The notes below the pieces were generated by a model. The model ran no database searches and was not told the DNA's origin. It saw only the letters and a list, made by a program, of their open reading frames with translations. A stretch of 64,000 nt of DNA from Pirellulales bacterium (GTDB lineage: Bacteria; Planctomycetota; Planctomycetia; Pirellulales; JAIMBC01), in assembly GCA_023511675.1 (NCBI GenBank), contig JAIMBC010000001.1, forward strand, positions 13,263 to 77,262, read 5' to 3'. Both the position numbers and the translations under genes were made by a program. Below are positions 1 through 7,600 of the stretch, one piece after another (positions within the stretch are counted from its first letter, which is position 1; each line of letters opens with the position of its first letter).

Positions 1-1
1 G

Positions 2-1078
2 GCCGGCCTGTGTGCGCTATCTTCCGGCGCCGTGCTGCTCCTCCTCGTGTGGCACCAGCGGGAGACCACCGGGCACGCCACGTATCTGACGAGCGTCTAT
101 GCGGGGCCAGCCGAGGCATGGCAGTGGCAGGCCCTGCGGCAGATCGACCCTTTTCCCGCAGGCGCGCTGGGGCTGGACCTGTTCTGGCACCGAGCACATG
201 ACTGGCTGCGTCTTGCCGGTTCTGGCAGGTGGGGGAGTTGGTGCTTGGCCGCGGCAGTGCTGGCGGCGTTTTCGCTGGCAGCACTTCGCGCTACGCAAGG
301 CGCGCACCGTTCTGCGTCTCGGGCCGCGTACTTCTACGGCACAGGCGTGGCGACGCTTCTCTGTACCCTTGCCATGCTGTGCTGGCTGAGCCTGCGCTAC
401 CCACCAATTAGCGGATGGACGCACGTCCAGGAGCTGCGCTACTATGCCCCCGTTTTCGGGTTCCTGACCGTGGCATGGTTTGGCGCTCCGTATCACTTGC
501 CGGCCTCTGGCAAGCAGGGGACTGCCCTGGGTCTGCAACAGCCGGAGCTGCTGCGGCCGTGGCAATGGTTCGCACGGGCTGCCGGGGACCGCGAGATCTC
601 CAGGTGGCGCCGGGGTGCAGCCTTGGGGCTGGCGGCCTTGCTGTTGGCCACGATGGCGGGCGGCACGGTTTGGCGAGCGCGCCGCTGGTGGCGTGTGGCA
701 GCAGGTACCACGCCGCGGCCGGAACACTCGGTGGTCTTCGATGCGCAGGGCATATTCGTCCATGCTCAGGTAACACGGCTGCGAGATACATGGGGCACCG
801 TATACTATGTAGATGAGCGACTGGATCGACGCGCCATGGCCCGTCTGGCTGGTGCGATCGTGCCGTTGCCTCACGAGCTGCCCCGTTGGCCGCGCGCCAC
901 GCGAGCCGTTGTCATGCTCATACCCGACGACCTTCACGGACAGGCAGCCCGCGCCCTGCTGGCCCGCTGGCCCGTGGCGCGCGTGCAGCACGTGGCGGGC
1001 CTCGAACTGGGGTTGTGGCAGTACGAAATCCCATCGCAGGCCCCCGCTCGGGGGCCGAGCGAGCAGGAGCTACAATGA
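2..1078 (+). CDS. Polytopic membrane protein, C-terminal part (5' end outside window); possibly the membrane partner of the downstream GT2/DUF2304 pair
   Basis: Frame is open from the window edge, with no stop between nt 2 and the first listed start at 32. Several hydrophobic helices (WGSWCLAAAVLAAFSLAAL, GVATLLCTLAMLCWLSL, YYAPVFGFLTVAWFGA, AALGLAALLLATMAGG) are followed by a soluble tail. The stop overlaps the next start (ATGA at 1075-1078). Function is not recognisable. Confidence 0.55.
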   Translation, partial: AGLCALSSGAVLLLLVWHQRETTGHATYLTSVYAGPAEAWQWQALRQIDPFPAGALGLDLFWHRAHDWLRLAGSGRWGSWCLAAAVLAAFSLAALRATQGAHRSASRAAYFYGTGVATLLCTLAMLCWLSLRYPPISGWTHVQELRYYAPVFGFLTVAWFGAPYHLPASGKQGTALGLQQPELLRPWQWFARAAGDREISRWRRGAALGLAALLLATMAGGTVWRARRWWRVAAGTTPRPEHSVVFDAQGIFVHAQVTRLRDTWGTVYYVDERLDRRAMARLAGAIVPLPHELPRWPRATRAVVMLIPDDLHGQAARALLARWPVARVQHVAGLELGLWQYEIPSQAPARGPSEQELQ

Positions 1079-1767
1079 CGGTCGACCCGGCAGGCGTGTT
1101 TGTCGTGGTGCCCGCCTACAACGAAGGGCCGGCCGTCCGCGCCGCCGTGGAACCGCTGCTCAAACGAGGCTATCAGGTGGTGGTGGTGGATGACGGTTCC
1201 ACGGACGCCACCTGGCAGGCGTTGGATGGCTTGCCAGTCTATCGCCTGCGGCATCCCATCAACCTCGGCCAGGGAGCAGCGCTGCAAACCGGTACGGAGT
1301 TTGCCGTGCGGCAGGGCGCGTCGTACGTGGTGCACTTCGACGCCGATGGCCAGCATCAGGCAGACGACGTACCCGGCCTGCTCGCACCGCTAGCGGCCGG
1401 CGCGGCGGACGTGGCGCTCGGCTCTCGTTTCCTGCGGCCGGAGCATGCGCGGATGGTCCCGCGCGGCCGCCGCTGGCTGCTGCGCTGCGGCATCCTGTTC
1501 CATGGACTGCTCACCGGCCTGTGGTTGAGCGATGCGCACAATGGCCTGCGGGCAATGACGCGCCAGGCGGCCGCAGCGCTACGCCTGCGAGAGAACCGGC
1601 AGGCACACGCCTCGGAGATTCTGCTTTGGATCCGCCGTGGTGGCTGGCGCTGGGTCGAATCTCCCACGGCTGTGCGCTATCACGCCTACGCGCGGAAGAA
1701 GGGACAGTCAGCGGTCAATGCGCTGGTGATCGGCATCGACCTCTTGTGGCGGAGACTTTGGAAGTGA
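1075..1767 (+). CDS. Glycosyltransferase family 2 (GT-A fold; polyprenyl-phosphate sugar synthase-like size)
   Basis: ATG at 1075 lies in an ATGA overlap with the upstream stop. Motifs VVVPAYNEG, VVVVDDGSTD and HFDADGQH are typical of GT2. About 230 aa. The upstream 63 codons of the track ORF (886-1074) overlap the previous gene and are Arg/Pro-rich junk. Confidence 0.85.
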   Translation: MTVDPAGVFVVVPAYNEGPAVRAAVEPLLKRGYQVVVVDDGSTDATWQALDGLPVYRLRHPINLGQGAALQTGTEFAVRQGASYVVHFDADGQHQADDVPGLLAPLAAGAADVALGSRFLRPEHARMVPRGRRWLLRCGILFHGLLTGLWLSDAHNGLRAMTRQAAAALRLRENRQAHASEILLWIRRGGWRWVESPTAVRYHAYARKKGQSAVNALVIGIDLLWRRLWK

Positions 1768-2201
1768 GACCCATCCAATACCTCCTGGCGGCACTGGTGT
1801 TGGCAGGCATGCTGGTGTACTTCGCCAGGCTGCGTTCCCGACTGGCAGACCGCCTGATCGTGCTGTTGCTGGGAGCCGCGGGGCTAGTGCTGGTGGCCTT
1901 TCCCGAGCTTGCCAACCGGTTGGCGGAATTCGCCGGGGTGTGGCGCGGGGCAGACCTGGTGGTCTACGTGGCCCTGCTGGGCCTGGCGTGGATCTGCCTG
2001 GTGCTGCTCTCCAGACTGCGCGAGCTGGACGCGCGGCTGACGGAGCTGGCGCGAGCCATCGCCCTGCTCACGCCGCACTTCCCCCATCGCCCCACCCAGC
2101 ACACGCCCGAGGCACTGCCCCAGCAGCGCGGCGGCGAGGAACAGCTTCAAGGCTCGCAGCAGGCTGCCGCGGGGCACGGCGGGGCGCAGTCGGCGTCCTA
2201 G
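1764..2201 (+). CDS. Small multi-pass membrane protein, DUF2304-like (GT2-associated)
   Basis: In-frame GTG at 1764 overlaps the GT2 stop (GTGA). Sequence VRPIQYLLAALVLAGMLVYFARLRSRLADRLIVLLLGAAGLVLVAFPELANRLAEFAGVWRGADLVVYVALLGLAWICLVLL matches the pattern of DUF2304 proteins that follow GT2 genes. Family assignment is from memory, not a search. Confidence 0.6.
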   Translation: MRPIQYLLAALVLAGMLVYFARLRSRLADRLIVLLLGAAGLVLVAFPELANRLAEFAGVWRGADLVVYVALLGLAWICLVLLSRLRELDARLTELARAIALLTPHFPHRPTQHTPEALPQQRGGEEQLQGSQQAAAGHGGAQSAS

Positions 2202-2239
2202 AGCCGCCAGGTGGTGGCGAGACGGTCACGCTCGGTCAC

Positions 2240-2288
2240 GGAGGGCCACGCGCATGGAGGGCCACGCTCAGTGATGGAGGGCCCACGC
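2240..2288. repeat. Three tandem copies of GGAGGGCC(C)ACGC (16- and 20-nt offsets)
   Basis: ggagggccacgc at 2240-2251 and 2256-2267, and ggagggcccacgc at 2276-2288. The same 12-mer recurs at 25253-25264 (+) and 5489-5500 (reverse complement), inside the dispersed elements listed below. Confidence 0.75.
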
Positions 2289-3310
2289 TCCGCCGTAGCC
2301 GTGGCTTGCCTCATAGCTACGGCATCTCGTTGCCTGGGAATGGACAGCAGAGGCGGTGATGTGCCTTGATGTGTGAACAACTGCAAAGGTTCCCACAGAC
2401 GCCCGGCAGCACTGTGTGCTGAGGAGCGCCGCCAAGAGGCATGCGCGGCCGGTGGCCACCCGCCCAGACGCCAGACCGAGCTGACAGGCGTGTGCACTGC
2501 CTCTGGAGCTTGACAGGACGTGGGCCGCGACCGTTGTACATGGCGACCACAAGGTGGAGGCAATCATGCGGCCCATCCACTGCGGCGCGCAGAACATAAC
2601 CGGAAGAATGGGGGCTGACGAAGGCCACGCTGGAGTGGGGACTGGCATGGTTGGGATCGCAACGCGTGATGCATGTGTGGCAAGGAACTCCGGGCGTGGC
2701 GGCATCAGGCCATGGCTGGGTGTGCGTTGCGCTGTGTGCGGCATGGCGTGTGGGGCAGGCGGAGCTTATGGCGGCAGCGTCATGAGAGGGGAGCGTGGGA
2801 GTGGTGTGGGGGCAGATTGCGGAACCAAAAGAGAGGGACGTGCTACTCTGGAAGGCCGCTTCGGCGCCTTCGGACCTGCCAGGGATGAATCGCGGCGGGG
2901 GAGGCAGCAGGGAGTGTGCAGTAAGGAGAAGGGGGGCTGGGTTGGGGAACGGGGCGGATTTTGTGTGTGGGCTGGCCGGCGCGTAACGTCGCAACGTGTT
3001 GTGCGGAAAGGCGTTATGTCAACACGAATTTGGGGGGGGCAAACATGCCCGCTAACACCTTGGCCGTTAAGCAGTTACGCCGCCGACCGTCTCAACGCAC
3101 TGCCCCGACGAAGAGGGGATTGAAACGGGGCCTACTCCTCTTCTGAATCCAGCGCACGGTGCGCATGCGCGGCCCTGGGCTATGACGTGCAAGCGCTACG
3201 CGGTTGGGTGGCGCACGCGGCGGGATCGGCAACACCCGTGTGCATGTTGACCCGCAAGCCAGGGTGCGAGTATGTGCACCCTGGGGTAAGAAGTGCAGCA
3301 AACAGGTCGT

Positions 3311-5281
3311 TCACTCCTGCCGCATGAGTTTTTCGCACAGGCGCTGCACGTCGTAAACGCAGCCGCTCCACACGCCGCCGCTGGCGTGAATCAGGGCTGC
3401 CCAGAGCCGCGTTTCGGGTGGCAAATCGGGGTCGGCAGCCAGGTCGGAGCGCGGGGTGCGGCGCGCCAGCTCCTGTTCGCCCCACGCCGCATCTCGTTGC
3501 ACGTCGCCGCTGCCGACCAGATCGACGAAACCTTCCAGCCGCCGCCGATCGATCACGATCTGCACTAGATCGCCGTCCCGCAGCTTGCCAATCGGGCCGC
3601 CGGCCAGCGCCTCGGGGGAAACGTGGCCCACGCAGGCCCCCGTGCTCACGCCAGAGAACCTCGCATCGGTGACCACTGCCACTTCCCGTCCCCACGAGAG
3701 ATACCGCAACGCGCTGGTCACCTGGTAGGTCTCCTCCATCCCCGAGCCGAGCGGACCCCGGCCGCACAACACGACCACGTCTCCCGGCCGGACCGGCTGG
3801 CCTTGCTGGCCCTTGATGGCCGCCACGGCATCGCGTTCGCGCACGAACACCCGAGCACGCAGCGTGCGGCGATAGACCCCATCCGCATCGACCACGCACG
3901 GGTCGATGGCCGTGCTCTTGATGACTGACCCTTCAGGGCAGATGTTACCGCGGGGAAAACAGACGGTGCTGGTGAGGCCGCGTTGGGCGGCGCGGGCAGG
4001 GGGCATGATCACGTCGTCCGGATCCACGCCGTCACGTTCCCGCAGCAGGCGGCGAAAGTGCTGCCTGCGCGGAGAGTCCTGCCACAAGTCGAGCGCCCTA
4101 TCCAGAGGCACGCCGCTGGCGGTAAGCACGCTGGTCTCGAGCAGGCCCAGGGCGCGCAGATGCAGCATGACCTCGGGCACGCCCCCGGCAAGGAACACCC
4201 GCACGGTGGGATGGCCCACGGGACCGTTGGGCAGGGCGTCAACCAGTCTGGGCACGCGGCGATTGATCTCGACCCAATCTTGCAGCGTGGGCCGTGCCAG
4301 ACCGGCTGCATGGGCCACGGCCGGCAGGTGCAACAGCAGGTTGGTGGAGCCTCCCACGGCGGCATGCACGGCCATGGCGTTGCGTACGGCTGCGTCGGTA
4401 AGCACGCTGCGCAAGGCGATGCCCCGCTGGCAGAGGGACCAGAGCGCCTCGGCCGACCGGCGTGCCAGATCGAGCCACACGGGCTGGCCCGAGGGCGCCA
4501 GCGCAGAATGGGGCAGGGCCATGCCCAACGCCTCGGCCACGACCTGCGACGTGGCAGCGGTGCCCAGAAACTGGCAACCGCCCCCAGGCGTGGCACAGGC
4601 ACGACAGCCCAGCACCGCGGCCTCTTGGAGGCTGATTTCGCCCTGCACGAAACGGGCGCCGATCGACTGCACCTTGCCCGCGTCTTCGCCCTCCTCCGGA
4701 GGCAGGGTCACCCCGCCCGGCACCAGCACAGCCGGCAAGTGGCCCGCCGCGGCGAGTGCCATCATCATGGCAGGCAGGCCCTTGTCGCAGGTCGCCACGC
4801 CCAGCAAGCCGCGGCCCGTGGGGAGCGAACGGATCAGCCGGCCAAGCACCGTGGCAGCGTCGTTGCGGTAAGGCAGGCTGTCGAACATGCCTGTGGTGCC
4901 CTGGGTGCGGCCGTCGCAAGGGTCCGAACAGTAGACCGCAAACGGCACTCCTCCCGCGGCCTTGAGCACCCGCGCTGCCGCCTCGACCAACAGATGCACC
5001 TCCCAGTGGCCGGTGTGGAAACCCAGTGCCACCGGCGTGCCATCCGCTGCGCGCAGTCCGCCGTGCGTACTTAGAATCAAGAACTGCGGCCCCAGCATCT
5101 GGTCCACCGGCCAGCCCATACCGGCGTTCTGGGAAAGGCCAAACAGCTCTCCGCTGGGCCAGCGGGACAACATCTCTGCAGTGAGCGGCAGCGCACCTGC
5201 CGGCCCGGGTGCAGCCGTGCGCACGTCGGCCACATCGGGCGGAAGCTCTTTCAGCCATGCGGCTAGATCGAAGTGGGTCAT
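3311..5281 (-). CDS. IlvD/Edd family dehydratase (length and architecture resemble YjhG/YagF-type sugar-acid dehydratases)
   Basis: Family motifs [39 protein letters not shown] and GGSTN. About 656 aa. ATG at 5281 has GAGG 12-15 nt upstream. The track start at 5299 is a TTG. Confidence 0.9.
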   Translation of the reverse strand: MTHFDLAAWLKELPPDVADVRTAAPGPAGALPLTAEMLSRWPSGELFGLSQNAGMGWPVDQMLGPQFLILSTHGGLRAADGTPVALGFHTGHWEVHLLVEAAARVLKAAGGVPFAVYCSDPCDGRTQGTTGMFDSLPYRNDAATVLGRLIRSLPTGRGLLGVATCDKGLPAMMMALAAAGHLPAVLVPGGVTLPPEEGEDAGKVQSIGARFVQGEISLQEAAVLGCRACATPGGGCQFLGTAATSQVVAEALGMALPHSALAPSGQPVWLDLARRSAEALWSLCQRGIALRSVLTDAAVRNAMAVHAAVGGSTNLLLHLPAVAHAAGLARPTLQDWVEINRRVPRLVDALPNGPVGHPTVRVFLAGGVPEVMLHLRALGLLETSVLTASGVPLDRALDLWQDSPRRQHFRRLLRERDGVDPDDVIMPPARAAQRGLTSTVCFPRGNICPEGSVIKSTAIDPCVVDADGVYRRTLRARVFVRERDAVAAIKGQQGQPVRPGDVVVLCGRGPLGSGMEETYQVTSALRYLSWGREVAVVTDARFSGVSTGACVGHVSPEALAGGPIGKLRDGDLVQIVIDRRRLEGFVDLVGSGDVQRDAAWGEQELARRTPRSDLAADPDLPPETRLWAALIHASGGVWSGCVYDVQRLCEKLMRQE

Positions 5282-5404
5282 GGTACGGGGGTGCCTCAAG
5301 GCGGGCCGTGAGCATCAAGATAGCATGCGGCAGGCCGGTGCCGGCAAAGGCGGGCATGCCGGTCTCGCTCATCCTACTACGTTTCGCCCCGCCTGCTCAT
5401 CCTC

Positions 5405-5620
5405 GTAACCGTACAAGCCGCCTGGGGGGACGCGCTCCGTTGCGTCCGGGGAGCACACACGGCGGGCGCCCATCGCGGCCACGACGGAGCGTGGCCCTCC
5501 AGGACGGAGTACGAGCCTAAACGGTAAGCTGGAATGGCTTCTCATTCGTCGCTTCTCACTCTTCGCTTCTCTGTCTCACGTGTTGTCCGCCCCGGCGCGA
5601 TGGTGCCGGTGTACGGTTAC
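5405..5620. repeat. MITE/REP-like dispersed element, copy A (216 nt, perfect 11-bp terminal inverted repeats)
   Basis: GTAACCGTACA at 5405-5415 and its exact reverse complement TGTACGGTTAC at 5610-5620. The reverse-complemented first 26 nt match copy B (25077-25102) at 25 of 26 positions. Both copies share a GA/CU-rich tract, the GGAGGGCCACGC module and the hairpin module GGACGCG-ACGGAG-CGCGTCC. Confidence 0.65.
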
Positions 5621-5684
5621 CATTCTCTTGCAGACTGATAGCAGTGCGAGCCACGCCGCGGCGCGGCAGCGCGGGTAGCAGGCC

Positions 5685-6836
5685 TTACAAGCCGGCCAGC
5701 GATAGTGCCCGGTCAAGGTCGTCGCGCAGATCCTCGAAGGCCTCCAGGCCGACACTCAGGCGGATGAGCCCGTCGGCGATACCGGCCCGGCGGCGGTGCT
5801 CCGCGGCATAGCTGGCGTGAGACATGGTGGCCGGCTGCTCGATCAGCGATTCCACGGCCCCCAGGCTCACGGCAAGCTGAAACAGGCGCGTGGCTTGCAC
5901 GACGCGGCGGGCAGCGTCGAGATCGCCGGCCACTTCGAAACTGAGCATGGCGCCAAACCCGCCCTGCATCTGCCGCGCCGCCAGCGCGTGTCCCGGGTGT
6001 GCCGGCAAGCCGGGATAATAGACGCGCCGCACGCGGCGGTCTGCGGCCAGATACTCGGCCAGCGCCTGTGCCGTGCGAGACTGCTCGCGCACGCGCAGTT
6101 CCAGCGTTTTCAGGCCGCGCGCACAGAGGAACGACTCGACTGGCCCGAGCACGGCACCGGTGGCGTTCTGCAAGAAATAGAGTCGATCGTACAGGTCGCG
6201 TGCGGCCACGATCAGCGCGCCGCCCAGCAGGTCGCTATGTCCGCCAAGGTACTTCGTGGCGGAGTGCATGACGATATCCGCGCCCAACTCGAGGGGGCGC
6301 GTCAGCACCGGCGTGGCAAACGTGCTATCCACCGCCAGCAGGGCGCCATGCTGGTGTGCCAGCCCGGCGCAGGCGGCAATGTCTGAGATGCTCAGCAGCG
6401 GATTGCCGGGGCTTTCGATCCAGATCAGCCGCGTTTGGGGCGTGATGGCCGCAGCTACCTGATCGGGCTGCGTGGTATCGACGAGCGTGGTGGAGATGCC
6501 TTGCTGGGCGAGCACCTGGTGCAGTAGGCGGTAGGTGCCTCCATAGAGGTCCTGCCCTGCCACCACGTGGCTGCCGGGGGCAAGCAGCATCATGGCGCCG
6601 TGGATGGCAGCCATGCCGGAGGAATAGGCGAGCGCGGCTACCCCCCCCTCCAACGAAGCCAGGGTCGTTTCCAGTGCACGTCGTGTGGGATTGCCGCTGC
6701 GGGAGTAGTCGAATTCGCGCCACGCTCCAGCCTGGTGCTGCACAAAGGTGCTGGCCAGGTACAAGGGCGGGACCACTGCACCGGTGGCGGGGTCGGCGTG
6801 CTGACCCACGTGAATCGCGCGTGTGCGGAACTGCAT
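5685..6836 (-). CDS. Cys/Met-metabolism PLP enzyme (cystathionine gamma-synthase / gamma-lyase / beta-lyase family)
   Basis: PLP-lysine motif MHSATKYLGGHSD. N-terminus MQFRTRAIHVGQ. 383 aa. The exact activity cannot be assigned from sequence alone. Confidence 0.9.
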   Translation of the reverse strand: MQFRTRAIHVGQHADPATGAVVPPLYLASTFVQHQAGAWREFDYSRSGNPTRRALETTLASLEGGVAALAYSSGMAAIHGAMMLLAPGSHVVAGQDLYGGTYRLLHQVLAQQGISTTLVDTTQPDQVAAAITPQTRLIWIESPGNPLLSISDIAACAGLAHQHGALLAVDSTFATPVLTRPLELGADIVMHSATKYLGGHSDLLGGALIVAARDLYDRLYFLQNATGAVLGPVESFLCARGLKTLELRVREQSRTAQALAEYLAADRRVRRVYYPGLPAHPGHALAARQMQGGFGAMLSFEVAGDLDAARRVVQATRLFQLAVSLGAVESLIEQPATMSHASYAAEHRRRAGIADGLIRLSVGLEAFEDLRDDLDRALSLAGL

Positions 6837-6994
6837 GATCGGGCTCGGTGGAGCAAGAGGTAAGGCAGAGGGTGCATTCTAACGAGCCGCCGGCGTGGCT
6901 GTTGAGCCCCCCCGCCACGCCCAGACGTTTGCTGACAGCACACCGTGGTGGGGCGGTTTCCCCCCGCCATATCCTTCCGGCGGAACGCCGCCGC

Positions 6995-7600
6995 CTATCG
7001 ATACAGGTTGTGGCTGAGGATGTATTGCTCGACGGCAGGCGGCGTCTGGTACTTGATCGACAGGCCGGCTGCCGCGCGCCGACGGATCTCGCTGGAAGAG
7101 ATGCCCACCACAGGGATGCACACCGCATGGGCCCGGATCCGCTCGCAAGCCTCCGCGCCGAGCACGCCGGCCAGCGCAGCGAAAGCCGGCTGTTCGCATC
7201 CCGGGCGCGGCGCCACGACCAGCGTGGCCAGTTGACAGATCCGCGCCGGCTCGCGCCAGTGGACCAGATCGGCCAGCATGTCGCTGCCCAACAAGAAGAA
7301 CAGCGCTCGGGTCGGGTCCTCGGCATGCAGTGCGGCCAAGGTCTCCACGGTATAACTGGTACCGCCGCGGCGGATCTCCAGCTCCGACACGGCGAACGCC
7401 GGCTGCCCCGCAATGGCCAGCTCGAGCATCTCTACACGCCGCACGGCCGGCGTGAGCGGCGCGCCGCTCTTGTGCGGCGGCGTGGCGGCCGGCATGAACC
7501 AAACCTGGTCCAGGCGGTGTGCCTCACGGCATAGTTCGGCCAGCAACAAATGGCCATAATGCACGGGATCGAACGTTCCGCCGAACACACCCAAGCGCAT
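6995..7600 (-). CDS. nadD: Nicotinate-nucleotide adenylyltransferase
   Basis: N-terminal MRLGVFGGTFDPVHYGH (the GxFxPxHxGH nucleotidyltransferase motif). 201 aa. Confidence 0.9.
   Translation of the reverse strand: MRLGVFGGTFDPVHYGHLLLAELCREAHRLDQVWFMPAATPPHKSGAPLTPAVRRVEMLELAIAGQPAFAVSELEIRRGGTSYTVETLAALHAEDPTRALFFLLGSDMLADLVHWREPARICQLATLVVAPRPGCEQPAFAALAGVLGAEACERIRAHAVCIPVVGISSSEIRRRAAAGLSIKYQTPPAVEQYILSHNLYR

Noticed and set aside
2611-2650. GGGGCTGACGAAGG..., reminiscent of a tmRNA 5' end
   Set aside because: No TTCGAC-type continuation. No tRNA-like 3' end (GGTTCGA.TCC...CCA) is seen in the rest of this non-coding region (2611-3310) or elsewhere in the window.
2554-3123. 189-aa Gly/Cys-rich ORF in the long intergenic region
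   Set aside because: Third-codon positions contain many A/T, unlike the confirmed genes here. There is no Shine-Dalgarno, and its composition simply follows the local G-rich strand bias. Kept only as part of the non-coding-region finding.
3090-3126. Single sequence ending ...CCCCGACGAAGAGGGGATTGAAAC, resembling a CRISPR repeat 3' handle
   Set aside because: Only one copy, with no regular repeat/spacer structure around it and no cas genes. The ATTGAAAC also sits in the loop of an alternative hairpin (3110-3143). Not called as CRISPR.
6837-6994. Possible SAM or other riboswitch in the 158-nt leader of the trans-sulfuration enzyme gene
   Set aside because: Only a generic GC hairpin (GGCGTGGC...GCCACGCC) is visible. 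I could not recognise SAM-I/II or SAH core sequences. An Infernal scan would be needed to decide.
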